This document shows positions 1 to 8,687 of a stretch of 64,000 bases of DNA, piece by piece (positions within the stretch are counted from its first letter, which is position 1; every line of letters begins with the position of its first letter). Position numbers and translations under genes: made by a program. The notes below the pieces were generated by a model. The model saw only the letters and a list, made by a program, of their open reading frames with translations, was not told the DNA's origin and did no database searches. Source of the DNA: an uncultured Bacteroidota bacterium (GTDB lineage Bacteria; Bacteroidota; Bacteroidia; Bacteroidales; SZUA-534); assembly GCA_946404125.1 (NCBI GenBank), contig CAMJCK010000011.1:5932-69931 (forward strand), in the 5' to 3' direction.

Positions 1-282
1 TTAGAGTTAGATTGGACTTGCCTTATTTGGGATGGTGACTTGCGCCGCAATAATAATTCTTGGGAATTTTTCGAGTTTAATGGTGGCAATAATTGGGACC
101 ACATAAACAAAAAAGAGCGTAAAGAATACCAAATCAACGCATATCGCGTGTTATTGACTCGCGCTCGTCAAGGAATGGTTATCTGTGTGCCAAAAGGTAA
201 TCCGGATGACAATACCCGCAAACCCGAGATTTACGACGGCACATATAATTATCTGAAATCATTAGGATTGAAAGAATTGTGA
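1..282 (+). CDS. DUF2075 / Schlafen-group-3-like DNA/RNA helicase domain protein, C-terminal part (5' truncated by window edge)
   Basis: Frame 1 is open from base 1 (LELDWTCLIWDGDLRR...) to TGA at 280-282. It contains the (G)LELDW and NAYRVLLTRARQGM motifs typical of the DUF2075 C-terminus. Confidence 0.8.
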   Translation, partial: LELDWTCLIWDGDLRRNNNSWEFFEFNGGNNWDHINKKERKEYQINAYRVLLTRARQGMVICVPKGNPDDNTRKPEIYDGTYNYLKSLGLKEL

Positions 283-300
283 AACAATCTTGCAAAATTG

Positions 301-308
301 TAAGTTTG
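301..308 (+). promoter_or_regulatory. Bacteroidetes -7 promoter box TAAGTTTG just upstream of the truncated NUDIX 5' copy
   Basis: Matches TAnnTTTG; ATG follows at 313. Confidence 0.45.
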
Positions 309-312
309 CATT

Positions 313-372
313 ATGAAAACAATCCAAGTCTCTGCCGCCATAATCCACGACCACGCCGGCCGCACTCAATAA
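313..372 (+). pseudogene. Truncated 5' duplicate of the downstream MutT-like NUDIX gene (MKTIQVSAAIIHDHAGRTQ*)
   Basis: 313-364 matches 1830-1881 at 46/52 nt. Homology ends 1 nt before the stop codon of the inserted AAA gene. Confidence 0.85.
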
Positions 373-1574
373 AGAAATCCAAACAGCCAAAGCGGAATTT
401 TATTGCCGAGAACATATTCCTCGTCCGATGCGGCGATGAAACTGTTGGCAACGCCCGCAATCTGCCGCCCGTCTTTCGAACGTCCGCCAACCTCAACGGT
501 AATTTGGTGGTCGATTGTGAAGTCGGCTGAAGTTTTGCTATATTCAACAGTATGATTGACAGATAATTGGTTGACAAAAAACACTTCGCGCAGAGTACCC
601 TCATTCACTTGTGTGCTGCATAGTGCGTACAATAGATTAGGGTTGTCAAGATAGATTTTGTCGGGTTTTTGCAACCGTTTGACGCTGTTTACATCAGAAT
701 AAAGCAGGCTGATAAGTCGCGCATCGGCCAGATACTGAATATATTGCAGCAATGAGTTTCGCGAGATTCCAACCAATGTGGCAAGTTTCACGGTGTCGAG
801 TTTGAATGGTAGCGAAGAAGCCAAGATGGAAAGCAAAGCCTTGATTTTCCGGTTGTTGGCCACATCAAACTGTCTCAGTTGGGGTAGTTCGGCATCAATG
901 GTGTTGTTCACAATGTTCTCAATCCGAGCGTAGTAATTGTTGCGCCCCTCTTTTTGGAATGGAAAACATCCATATTGCAAATATTCGGCAAATAATGGAA
1001 GTGGTCGCATCCGTGCATTAACTGCGGCGCATATGCTGTTGCCATTGGCCAGCACATCGTCGAGTGTGACGACGGGGAAATCTTCGCCGTAAAACATACG
1101 CAGATACTCGCGGAACGACAGGCAAGGCATAAAGTATGTAATGCAACGGCGCGAGAGGTCGGCTTCGCCATCGGTCAGGTTGCAAAGCGATGAGCCACTT
1201 ACAACAAAATGCATATCGGTAAACTCGTCATAGGCATTTTTAATTTCGATGTTCCAGTTTTTGTAGAAATGAACCTCGTCGAGAAAAAGGTGCGTGCCGC
1301 CCATCGCGTGAAAACGCTCAATAAACTCAAGCAGACCGTGGTTGCTGAAGTAGATATTGTCAAGGCTGATGTAAAGCACATTTGTGGTGTCGGTTGTACC
1401 GAAAACCTGTGCAATGCGTTGCGTCATCAGTGTGGTTTTGCCCACGCCGCGCTGTCCTTTAATCATCACAAGCCTCTCGTTCCAGTCGATTTTGTCCATC
1501 ATACTTCTGACAAAATCCAGACTGACATTTTGCATCCGGTTCAGGTGCCGTCTAATAAGAGTTTCCATATCCAT
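366..1574 (-). CDS. AAA+ ATPase, AAA_14 + DUF4143-like family
   Basis: Walker A GQRGVGKT, Walker B LFLDEVH, SGSS sensor, KIYLDNPNL, and a C-terminal D-F...EVGG restriction-endonuclease-like tail; 402 aa. Confidence 0.88.
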   Translation of the reverse strand: MDMETLIRRHLNRMQNVSLDFVRSMMDKIDWNERLVMIKGQRGVGKTTLMTQRIAQVFGTTDTTNVLYISLDNIYFSNHGLLEFIERFHAMGGTHLFLDEVHFYKNWNIEIKNAYDEFTDMHFVVSGSSLCNLTDGEADLSRRCITYFMPCLSFREYLRMFYGEDFPVVTLDDVLANGNSICAAVNARMRPLPLFAEYLQYGCFPFQKEGRNNYYARIENIVNNTIDAELPQLRQFDVANNRKIKALLSILASSLPFKLDTVKLATLVGISRNSLLQYIQYLADARLISLLYSDVNSVKRLQKPDKIYLDNPNLLYALCSTQVNEGTLREVFFVNQLSVNHTVEYSKTSADFTIDHQITVEVGGRSKDGRQIAGVANSFIAASDEEYVLGNKIPLWLFGFLY

Positions 1575-1601
1575 TGGTTTTATTCCACAAATATAATTAT
1601 T

Positions 1602-1685
1602 TGTTCAATGCAATGAACATTTTATCTGAAATTTTGTTCAATATCTTGAACATTCTGTTTGCAAATATGTTCAATGCAGTGAACA
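1602..1685. promoter_or_regulatory. Three palindromic TGTTCA-N6-TGAACA boxes with exact 33-bp period (putative operators of the AAA gene)
   Basis: Boxes at 1602-1619, 1635-1652 and 1668-1685, next to a minus-strand -7 box TATATTTG (1588-1595). Confidence 0.7.
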
Positions 1686-1829
1686 TATTTGCCGCAATTC
1701 CTTTTTTTTGCGCCATTTGTGCTCGAAAAGCCAATCATTTTGTTTCCTTATAGAAATAAATTTAATGCATTTTTGCCCTTGCAATAGGCAGTTGCCAATT
1801 ATACATTTTAAAAGACAAGATTTTCCAAA

Positions 1830-2219
1830 ATGAAAACAATCACCGTTTCAGCCGCCATAATCCACGACCACGCCTGCCGCATATTCGCCACTCAGCGCGG
1901 GTATGGCGATATGCAAGGCGGTTGGGAATTCCCAGGCGGCAAGATTGAAGCCGGCGAAACGCCCGAAGCAGCACTGAAACGCGAGATTCAGGAAGAATTG
2001 GATACGCAAATAGTTGTTGAGCAATTCATTACTACCATCGAATACGATTACCCCAAATTCCACCTTACAATGCACTGCTATTGGTGCCGTGTCGCGAGCG
2101 GCACTCTGACACTTAAAGAGCACAAAGCCGCCCGTTGGCTCGCAGCCAAAGATTTAGACACGGTTGACTGGCTGCCGGCGGATAAAATCGTAGTGGAAGA
2201 AATCAAAAGACGGTTGTAG
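1830..2219 (+). CDS. mutT: MutT-like NUDIX (deoxy)nucleoside triphosphate pyrophosphohydrolase
   Basis: Nudix box WEFPGGKIEAGETPEAALKREIQEEL; C-terminal WLPAD; 129 aa. Confidence 0.85.
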   Translation: MKTITVSAAIIHDHACRIFATQRGYGDMQGGWEFPGGKIEAGETPEAALKREIQEELDTQIVVEQFITTIEYDYPKFHLTMHCYWCRVASGTLTLKEHKAARWLAAKDLDTVDWLPADKIVVEEIKRRL

Positions 2220-2270
2220 ACATAAAGTTTTGCAGGCTTTTACGGCCAAACCATATCCACAATCATTAAC

Positions 2271-2290
2271 AAGCGGATTTAAATCCGCTT
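2271..2290. repeat. Perfect 20-bp REP-like palindrome AAGCGGATTTAAATCCGCTT
   Basis: Self-reverse-complementary, intergenic, 51 nt after the mutT stop. Confidence 0.6.
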
Positions 2291-2688
2291 AATCTATATT
2301 AATGCGGCAGGTTGAGGAAAAACAGCTATTCCGGCTTTATAAATAAATTGTAATAGCCCCAAACTCCGACGCATTTTTGCGCAAATCGTCACCAACCAAT
2401 CCGAAAAAATCCTCTTAAAAACGTTTCTGCGCATTCTGATTTTGTCAGTAAAGGGCGTGGGTAAAAACTTGTTTTCAACAAAATTCAGTGAAAAAGTCAG
2501 TTGACAAAATTATTTTTCCGGTTAACGGTATGTTATTAATGTGTTGATTAATAGATGTTTGTAAATCGACGTTTTGCTTGCGTATTTATAACATCTTGGA
2601 AATTAGAAAAATATTTTTGCGAATAGTTGCATTTTTAAAACAAGAGTCCTATATTCGTGGCGTTTTTCAAACAACACATTTTTTTATT

Positions 2689-3417
2689 ATGCCATACAGG
2701 AGATTACCTAACACGGATAGTGCGCGTTTGCGTGCAATGCAAAAAGCGCTTTCAAAATCGGAGGATGTTTTGCCGATGGATTTGCCGTACAGCGCGGCCA
2801 CACTTCAGGAGTTGCGCTATTTTCTGCCCGAATTCAATCAGGCAATTATGATGCAGCGCGATGTGTTCGAGCGTCAGACTTCGAAAAACAAACAGCATCA
2901 GGAGAGCTTCCGCAAGGCGCGGCTTTATATATCGCATTTCATTCAGGTACTGAACTTTGCAATCGCTCGTGGCGAGATGAAACCCGACACCCGCAAGTAT
3001 TTCGACCTGCCGTCGGACGAGACCAAGCTGCCGCAACTCAACACCGAGCGCGATGTGATAGAGTGGGGCCAGAAGCTTATTGATGGCGAGCAGAAGCGCT
3101 TGTCGGAGGGCCTGTCGCCTGTCACAAACCCCACAATTGCCCGCGTTAAGGTTCATTATGAGGATTTTGTGCGGCTCAATATCTCGCAGAAGGGACTGCA
3201 AGAAAACAACGCCAAGGCTTTGGCCAAGATTTCGGAGCTGCGCGGCCGGGCCGACAGCATTATCCTTGATTTGTGGAACGAGATTGAGGACCATTTCAGC
3301 AACAACGCGCCGGCCGTCAAACGTGAAAAGGCCGCTGAGTATGGTGTGTCGTATGTCTTCCGCAAAGGCGAAAAGGCTGACGCTGAGGAAGACGAGATTG
3401 ATTTGAAGTTGTTTTGA
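2689..3417 (+). CDS. Conserved hypothetical alpha-helical protein (Bacteroidota MPYRRLPNTD family)
   Basis: ATG at 2689 gives MPYRRLPNTDSARLRA, an N-terminus I recognise from Bacteroidales hypotheticals. Codon usage is host-like and a terminator follows. Confidence 0.75.
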   Translation: MPYRRLPNTDSARLRAMQKALSKSEDVLPMDLPYSAATLQELRYFLPEFNQAIMMQRDVFERQTSKNKQHQESFRKARLYISHFIQVLNFAIARGEMKPDTRKYFDLPSDETKLPQLNTERDVIEWGQKLIDGEQKRLSEGLSPVTNPTIARVKVHYEDFVRLNISQKGLQENNAKALAKISELRGRADSIILDLWNEIEDHFSNNAPAVKREKAAEYGVSYVFRKGEKADAEEDEIDLKLF

Positions 3418-3455
3418 CGGTTTTCGCAACTGTCTTTACAAATATCGCTGGATTT

Positions 3456-3483
3456 AAAAGGCGGGACAATGTCCTGCCTTTTT
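3456..3483 (+). terminator. Rho-independent terminator
   Basis: AAAAGGCGGGAC-AAT-GTCCTGCCTTTTT hairpin with U tract. Confidence 0.7.
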
Positions 3484-3542
3484 GTTTCTGATGAATTGAA
3501 CACGCAAATTTTCTATTTTTGCATTATTAAATAGTGTTACAG

Positions 3543-4163
3543 ATGAATTGCAAGACATTGACAATCAGCATAGGCCGTCAGTTTGGCTGCGGCGGCAGGG
3601 TTATTGGTCAGCGGTTGGCCGAGGAGTTGGGCTACGACTATTTCGACAAGGAGCTGCTGGCGCTGGCGGCAAAGGAGATTGGCTTTGAGCCGTCGGTGTT
3701 TGAGGAAATCGACGAGCAACCGCAAAAAGGTATCTTTCAGTCGTTTGGCGAGTTTGTGTCGATGCTCAGCCCGACCGACAACTATATGTCCGACGACCAT
3801 CTGTTCAAGGTGCAGAGCGATGTTATCCGCCGCCTGGCCATTGAGCGCAACTGCGTGATTGTGGGCCGCTGTTCCGACTATATTCTGCGCGATTTTCCGA
3901 ACTGCATCAGTGTTTTCTTGCACGCCGATTTGCCCGACCGCATCAAGCGTGTCTGCGCCCGGATGCCTATTGAGCAGGACAAGGCCCGCGCCCTGATTGA
4001 GCGCAACGACAAGCGCCGCGCCACCTATTATAATTACTATTCGAACAAGACCTGGGGCCGTGCTGAGACCTACGATTTGTGCCTTAGCGTGTCGCGGCTC
4101 GGCGTTGAGGAGACCGTGGCCGCCATCATCGATTACGTTAACCGGATGAAAGCGAGGCTGTGA
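3543..4163 (+). CDS. Cytidylate kinase-like family protein (Cytidylate_kin2)
   Basis: TISIGRQFGCGGRVIG P-loop variant, CVIVGRCSDYIL, RRATYYNYY, WG...YDLCL motifs. Confidence 0.85.
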   Translation: MNCKTLTISIGRQFGCGGRVIGQRLAEELGYDYFDKELLALAAKEIGFEPSVFEEIDEQPQKGIFQSFGEFVSMLSPTDNYMSDDHLFKVQSDVIRRLAIERNCVIVGRCSDYILRDFPNCISVFLHADLPDRIKRVCARMPIEQDKARALIERNDKRRATYYNYYSNKTWGRAETYDLCLSVSRLGVEETVAAIIDYVNRMKARL

Positions 4164-4177
4164 TTAATGGGGGGAGA

Positions 4178-4313
4178 GGTAAGAGTTTAGAGTTTAGGAA
4201 TTGTACCCGACACCAAATAATTGTTTAATCGGTGAATTGTTTAATCGGTGAATCGTTTGTTTGACCACAGACTTCAGTCTGTGGTCGTAATTCGTAATTC
4301 AAAATTCGTAATT
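4178..4313. repeat. Composite intergenic repeat cluster (short tandem units plus a 24-bp hairpin)
   Basis: AGAGTTT x2, TTGTTTAATCGGTGAA x2, GACCACAGAC-TTCA-GTCTGTGGTC (4263-4286), and TAATTCG units. Confidence 0.65.
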
Positions 4314-4387
4314 AACCAACACCCAATACCTGCCCCCTAACCATTACACTCTACTCTTTACTCACTACGCTTTACTCAAAAAATTTC

Positions 4388-4395
4388 TACCTTTG
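4388..4395 (+). promoter_or_regulatory. -7 promoter box TACCTTTG
   Basis: TAnnTTTG consensus about 20 nt upstream of the CCA-enzyme start. Confidence 0.55.
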
Positions 4396-4414
4396 CGGCT
4401 CAATTGGCAGTTTG

Positions 4415-5824
4415 ATGAAGGAATACCTTAACAATATCATTTTCAAAACAATATCGCAGATATTGGGCGAACGCGACCAGCAGGCTTTTGTCATTGGAGG
4501 GTTTGTGCGTGACAAGTTGCTCGGCCGTCCGTCGAAGGATATTGATGTGGTGACGCTTGGCAGCGGCATTGAGCTGGCGCAGGAGGTGGCCCGGCGGCTG
4601 CTGAAGAATCCGAAGGTGGCGACATACAAGAATTTCGGCACGGCAATGTTCCGCTATCGTGGTGTGGATGTGGAGTTTGTGGGCGCTCGCAAGGAGTCGT
4701 ACAACCGCAACTCGCGTAAGCCGGTGGTTGAAAATGGCACACTCGAAGACGACCAGCGCCGACGCGATTTCACCATCAACGCCTTGGCCATCGACCTTCA
4801 TCCCGACCGTTTTGGTCAGCTGGTGGACCCGTTCGGCGGCATCGAGGACTTGAAAAATCAGATTATCCGCACGCCGCTCGACCCCGACACCACCTATTCC
4901 GACGACCCGCTGCGTATGCTGCGCGCCATCCGTTTTGCCAGTCAGCTTGGCTTCCGCATCACCGATGAGTCGCTCGACTCGATTGTCCGCAACCTCGAGC
5001 GCATTCGAATCATTTCAATGGAGCGCGTGTCGGAGGAGTTCAACAAGATTATGCTGTCGCCACGTCCGTCGGCAGGTATTAAACTGCTGCAAAAGGTTGG
5101 CCTGCTGGCGATTGTGTTCCCGCAACTCGAGGCGCTGAAAGGCATTGAGGTGGTTGACGGCTGCCGCCACAAGGACAATTTTTACCATACGATGGAAGTG
5201 CTCGACAACATCTGCGAGCATACCGACGACCTTTGGCTGCGTTGGGCCGCGCTGTTGCACGACATTGGCAAGCCAGTCACCAAACGCTACGTGAAGGGTA
5301 CCGGCTGGACATTCCACGGCCACGAGTTTGTGGGCGGCAAGATGGTCCCCGGAATCTTCAAGAACCTGAAACTGCCGATGAACGAGAAGATGAAATACGT
5401 TCAGAAGCTGGTGATGCTGCATATGCGGCCCATTGTGCTGGTTGAGGAGATTGTCACCGACAGTGCCGTGCGCCGTCTGCTCTTTGAGGCCGGCGACGAC
5501 ATTGATGACTTGATGCTGCTCTGCGATGCCGACATCACATCGAAAAATCCCGACAAGGTGTCGCGCTATCTTGATAATTATCAGCTCGTAAGGCGCAAAT
5601 TGGTTGAGGTGGAGGAGAAGGACCGCGTGCGCAACTGGCAGCCACCAATAACGGGAGAGACCATCATCGAGACGTTTGCCCTGCCGCCGTGTCCCGCCAT
5701 CGGCATCATCAAAAGTGCCATCAAAGACGCCATTCTCGACGGCGTGATTGAAAACACACCGGAGGCGGCTTATCAGTTTATGCTGCAGAAAGGCGAGGAG
5801 TTGGGCTTGAAACCTGTGAAATAG
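4415..5824 (+). CDS. cca: CCA tRNA nucleotidyltransferase / poly(A) polymerase family with HD domain
   Basis: [33 protein letters not shown] and LLHDIGKP motifs. Confidence 0.9.
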   Translation: MKEYLNNIIFKTISQILGERDQQAFVIGGFVRDKLLGRPSKDIDVVTLGSGIELAQEVARRLLKNPKVATYKNFGTAMFRYRGVDVEFVGARKESYNRNSRKPVVENGTLEDDQRRRDFTINALAIDLHPDRFGQLVDPFGGIEDLKNQIIRTPLDPDTTYSDDPLRMLRAIRFASQLGFRITDESLDSIVRNLERIRIISMERVSEEFNKIMLSPRPSAGIKLLQKVGLLAIVFPQLEALKGIEVVDGCRHKDNFYHTMEVLDNICEHTDDLWLRWAALLHDIGKPVTKRYVKGTGWTFHGHEFVGGKMVPGIFKNLKLPMNEKMKYVQKLVMLHMRPIVLVEEIVTDSAVRRLLFEAGDDIDDLMLLCDADITSKNPDKVSRYLDNYQLVRRKLVEVEEKDRVRNWQPPITGETIIETFALPPCPAIGIIKSAIKDAILDGVIENTPEAAYQFMLQKGEELGLKPVK

Positions 5825-5880
5825 GGTGATTGTGAATTAGTTGCAAAGGAATAAGTGTTAATTCCTAAATCCTAACTATC

Positions 5881-6381
5881 TTAATATTGGTCTTTCAGCA
5901 AGATGTAGTTCCGTGCCGATTGCTCAATCATTTCGCTGTTTTTCAACTCTTTGACTTTGGTGGCAGGAACACCTGCGTAGATGAATCCCGATTCAAGAGT
6001 GCGGCCGCCCAGAACAAGAGCGTTGGCCGCGACAATGGTTCCAGACTCAACCACTGCGTTGTCCAGAACCGTGGAGCCCATCCCGACAAGGACATAGTCT
6101 TTTATGATGGCGCCGTGCACAATGGCGTTGTGCCCGATGGTCACATTATTGCCGATGATGGTTGTTGAAACGCCTTCGGAGCTGTGAATTACCACGCCGT
6201 CCTGCACGTTGGTGTTGTTGCCGATGGTGATGGCGCCCGCGTCGCCGCGCAGCACGCTGCCGTACCAGATGCTGCAGTTGTCGCCAATCTCAACCTCGCC
6301 GATGATAGTTGCGTTTTCGGCAATAAAACAGTTGGCGCCAATGCGTGGCGTGAATCCGTTAAACGATTTTATGATAGCCAT
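5881..6381 (-). CDS. Gamma carbonic anhydrase family hexapeptide-repeat protein
   Basis: SIWYGSVLRGD, NVQDGVVIH, TIGHNAIVHG motifs. Confidence 0.9.
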   Translation of the reverse strand: MAIIKSFNGFTPRIGANCFIAENATIIGEVEIGDNCSIWYGSVLRGDAGAITIGNNTNVQDGVVIHSSEGVSTTIIGNNVTIGHNAIVHGAIIKDYVLVGMGSTVLDNAVVESGTIVAANALVLGGRTLESGFIYAGVPATKVKELKNSEMIEQSARNYILLKDQY

Positions 6382-6402
6382 TTGTGTGTGATTGAGCCGT
6401 TG

Positions 6403-6804
6403 TTAGAAGGCCACAAAGTTGATTGGACACTTGATTAGGTCGGTGAATTCCTTGCCCGTCTCAAGCATATCCTCGTCCTCTTTTTTGTATTGCCACTCAA
6501 TTGCGACTTGCAGTCCGCTCTCAAATAACTTGTTGATAAGCAGTACAATATCCAAAATGTATTTGGCAGATGACGAATTGAAATAGTCGTAGCAGAGTTT
6601 GAAAACCATCGGATTTTGGGCCGTTTTTGCCTTCAGCTCATCGTTGATATTTCGCTTAATATCTGTCAGCCAGTCAATAAGTTGCCCATAGAATGCCACT
6701 ACGTCCTCGGGGCGCGAGCAGCCTTTAATCTCGTACCGGTTGTTGTCGAAGTCGAAAAGTACCGACGGGGTGGTGCTTGTCCTTTCAATCTTGATGATTT
6801 CCAT
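6403..6804 (-). CDS. SiaC family regulatory phosphoprotein (DUF1987)
   Basis: TP-V-FD, GCSRPED...FY, YFNSSSAK, WQY..EDEDMLETGKEF; 133 aa. Confidence 0.85.
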   Translation of the reverse strand: MEIIKIERTSTTPSVLFDFDNNRYEIKGCSRPEDVVAFYGQLIDWLTDIKRNINDELKAKTAQNPMVFKLCYDYFNSSSAKYILDIVLLINKLFESGLQVAIEWQYKKEDEDMLETGKEFTDLIKCPINFVAF

Positions 6805-6808
6805 AATT

Positions 6809-7324
6809 TTACTGTTTCGGTTGGTCTGTTATGCTAATGGTGAAATTGATGTTCGAGCTCTCGCTGTCAATCGGTTCAACGGTGTATTTGATAGGCTCGC
6901 GCGAGCATCTAAGAATCTTCATCAGTCCAAGTCCGGCGCCGCCTTTCTCCGATATGTGCCCCTCGTGTATCGTCTTGCTGTAAAGCGCTTTAACTTCATC
7001 AAGCGACAAATTGTTCAGCTTGTCGATACGGTCGGTGAGTTGTTTCAAATCTTTGTTACCCACGCGGTTGCCAACGGAGAGCGAATAGTGTAATCCGTTT
7101 TGTATCAGCGAAAGCTTAATCTGCGGATTTTGCTCAGGGGTGTTGATGTTGAAATTGTGCCGGTATGCGTTTTCGAGCACCTCAACCATTATCGAAAACA
7201 TCCTGATTTTGCACTTAGGGCACTGAGTCTCAGGCATCCGCTGGTTGAAGAGTATCAGCAATTCCTCAATCTTTTCAAAGGTAATCTCACCTTCGTATTC
7301 CATTAATTGTTTGTAATCGTTCAT
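6809..7324 (-). CDS. SiaB family GHKL-type Ser/Thr protein kinase (DUF6272)
   Basis: YEGEIT, FSIMVEVLENAYRH (N-box-like) and KGGAGLGL (G-box); 4 nt from siaC. Confidence 0.82.
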   Translation of the reverse strand: MNDYKQLMEYEGEITFEKIEELLILFNQRMPETQCPKCKIRMFSIMVEVLENAYRHNFNINTPEQNPQIKLSLIQNGLHYSLSVGNRVGNKDLKQLTDRIDKLNNLSLDEVKALYSKTIHEGHISEKGGAGLGLMKILRCSREPIKYTVEPIDSESSNINFTISITDQPKQ

Positions 7325-7423
7325 CTTACAGCTGCTAAATTAGCTATTTGGTCAATGCCGTAATACTACTGTTTTTTGTTGAAAAAAACAACCCCCTAAT
7401 GTCCTTTTGCGTGTTTTTCGGAA

Positions 7424-8578
7424 CTATACGTATGCGCCGCGTTTCAGCATCGACACTTCCTTGTCGGTCAGGAAACGCCATTTGCCGCGGGGCAGGTTTT
7501 TCTTGGTCAGGCCGGCGTAATATACGCGGTCGAGCTTGCGCACGCGGTATTGCAGCGCCTCGAACATACGGCGCACAATGCGGTTGCGGCCCGAGTGGAT
7601 GACCACGCCAACCTCGCTCAAGTCGTCGGGATTGCAGTATTCAATCTCGTCGGCTTTGGCAGGACCGTCTTCAAGTTCGATTCCGTTAAGCATCTTCTCA
7701 ATGTCCTCCTCGGCCATCTTGCGGTCGAGTGTCACGTGGTAGATTTTCTGTTTGTTGTATTTCGGATGGCACAGATGCTCGGCAAGGTCGCCGTCGTTGG
7801 TTAGTAGTAGCAGGCCCGTGGTGGCGCGGTCGAGGCGGCCAACCGGATATACACGGCTCTTGATGGCGTCGCCAAGCAGGTCCATCACCGTTTTCTCGGC
7901 GTGCGGGTCGTCGGTGGTGGTCACGTAGTCTTTCGGCTTGTTGAGCAGAATATATGTCTTGCGCTCAGGCATCAGCGGGGCATCGTTGAATTTCACCACG
8001 TCGCCATAGTGTACTTTTGTACCTAACTCGGTGACAATCTTTCCGTTAATCGATATTACACCGGCCGTGATGTACTGGTCGGCGTCGCGGCGGCTGCACA
8101 CTCCGGCGTTGGCAATGTAGCGGTTCAGGCGGATGCCGTCGTCCTCGGTGAAGGTCGATTTGCTGTGGCTTTCGCCGTTCCGGCGCTGATAGCTCCTGCG
8201 CGGTGTTTGTTCATCGTCATCCACCGAGCGTTGGAATCGGGGTTTCCGGTTATTCCACGATTTTCGGTCATCGTCGTCATTATGCTGGAAACGAGGTTTG
8301 CGGCTCTTCCACGGAGTCTGTTCGCCATCATCGTCTCGCCATTTGTTATTGCCACGGAATCCCTGTTTTGAGCCGCGGCTGTCATTGTGGCGGTTGTCAC
8401 CGAAACGGTTGTTGCGGCGCGGACGCTCGTTGTCATCATCGTCGCCGAAACTGTGCGATTTGCTTTGCCTGAAATCGCGTTTTTTGTCGTAAGACCTTGA
8501 GTCACTTGAATTTTTGCGGAAGTCGGCACGGTTGTCACGACGGCCACCTTTGTTTCCTGAATTGAATTGCATAAACAT
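7424..8578 (-). CDS. rRNA pseudouridine synthase (RsuA/RluB/RluF family) with S4 domain and long disordered N-terminus
   Basis: RLNRYIANAGVCSRRDAD (S4), LLNKPKDY, PVGRLDRATTGLLLLTNDG catalytic motif, GRNRIVRRM. Confidence 0.92.
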   Translation of the reverse strand: MFMQFNSGNKGGRRDNRADFRKNSSDSRSYDKKRDFRQSKSHSFGDDDDNERPRRNNRFGDNRHNDSRGSKQGFRGNNKWRDDDGEQTPWKSRKPRFQHNDDDDRKSWNNRKPRFQRSVDDDEQTPRRSYQRRNGESHSKSTFTEDDGIRLNRYIANAGVCSRRDADQYITAGVISINGKIVTELGTKVHYGDVVKFNDAPLMPERKTYILLNKPKDYVTTTDDPHAEKTVMDLLGDAIKSRVYPVGRLDRATTGLLLLTNDGDLAEHLCHPKYNKQKIYHVTLDRKMAEEDIEKMLNGIELEDGPAKADEIEYCNPDDLSEVGVVIHSGRNRIVRRMFEALQYRVRKLDRVYYAGLTKKNLPRGKWRFLTDKEVSMLKRGAYV

Positions 8579-8592
8579 TTTATTTCAAGCCG

Positions 8593-8670
8593 CAAAGTTA
8601 TAAAAATTGGTTAACTGAAATTAACTATTCTCTTGCATCAAACACTTGTAATTCGAACTGCATATATTTG
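8593..8670. promoter_or_regulatory. Divergent -7 promoter boxes for the pseudouridine synthase and mntP genes
   Basis: TAACTTTG on the minus strand (8593-8600) and TATATTTG on the plus strand (8663-8670). Confidence 0.55.
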
Positions 8671-8687
8671 CGGCAAAATTTTCGCGT

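Noticed and set aside
279-604. Short ORFs 279-530 (+) and 311-604 (-)
   Set aside because: They overlap the AAA gene's 3' end and the NUDIX fragment in other frames, with no protein-like features.
1602-1685. Mini CRISPR array
   Set aside because: Units are 18 bp with 15-bp gaps, too short for repeat-spacer structure, and there are no cas genes.
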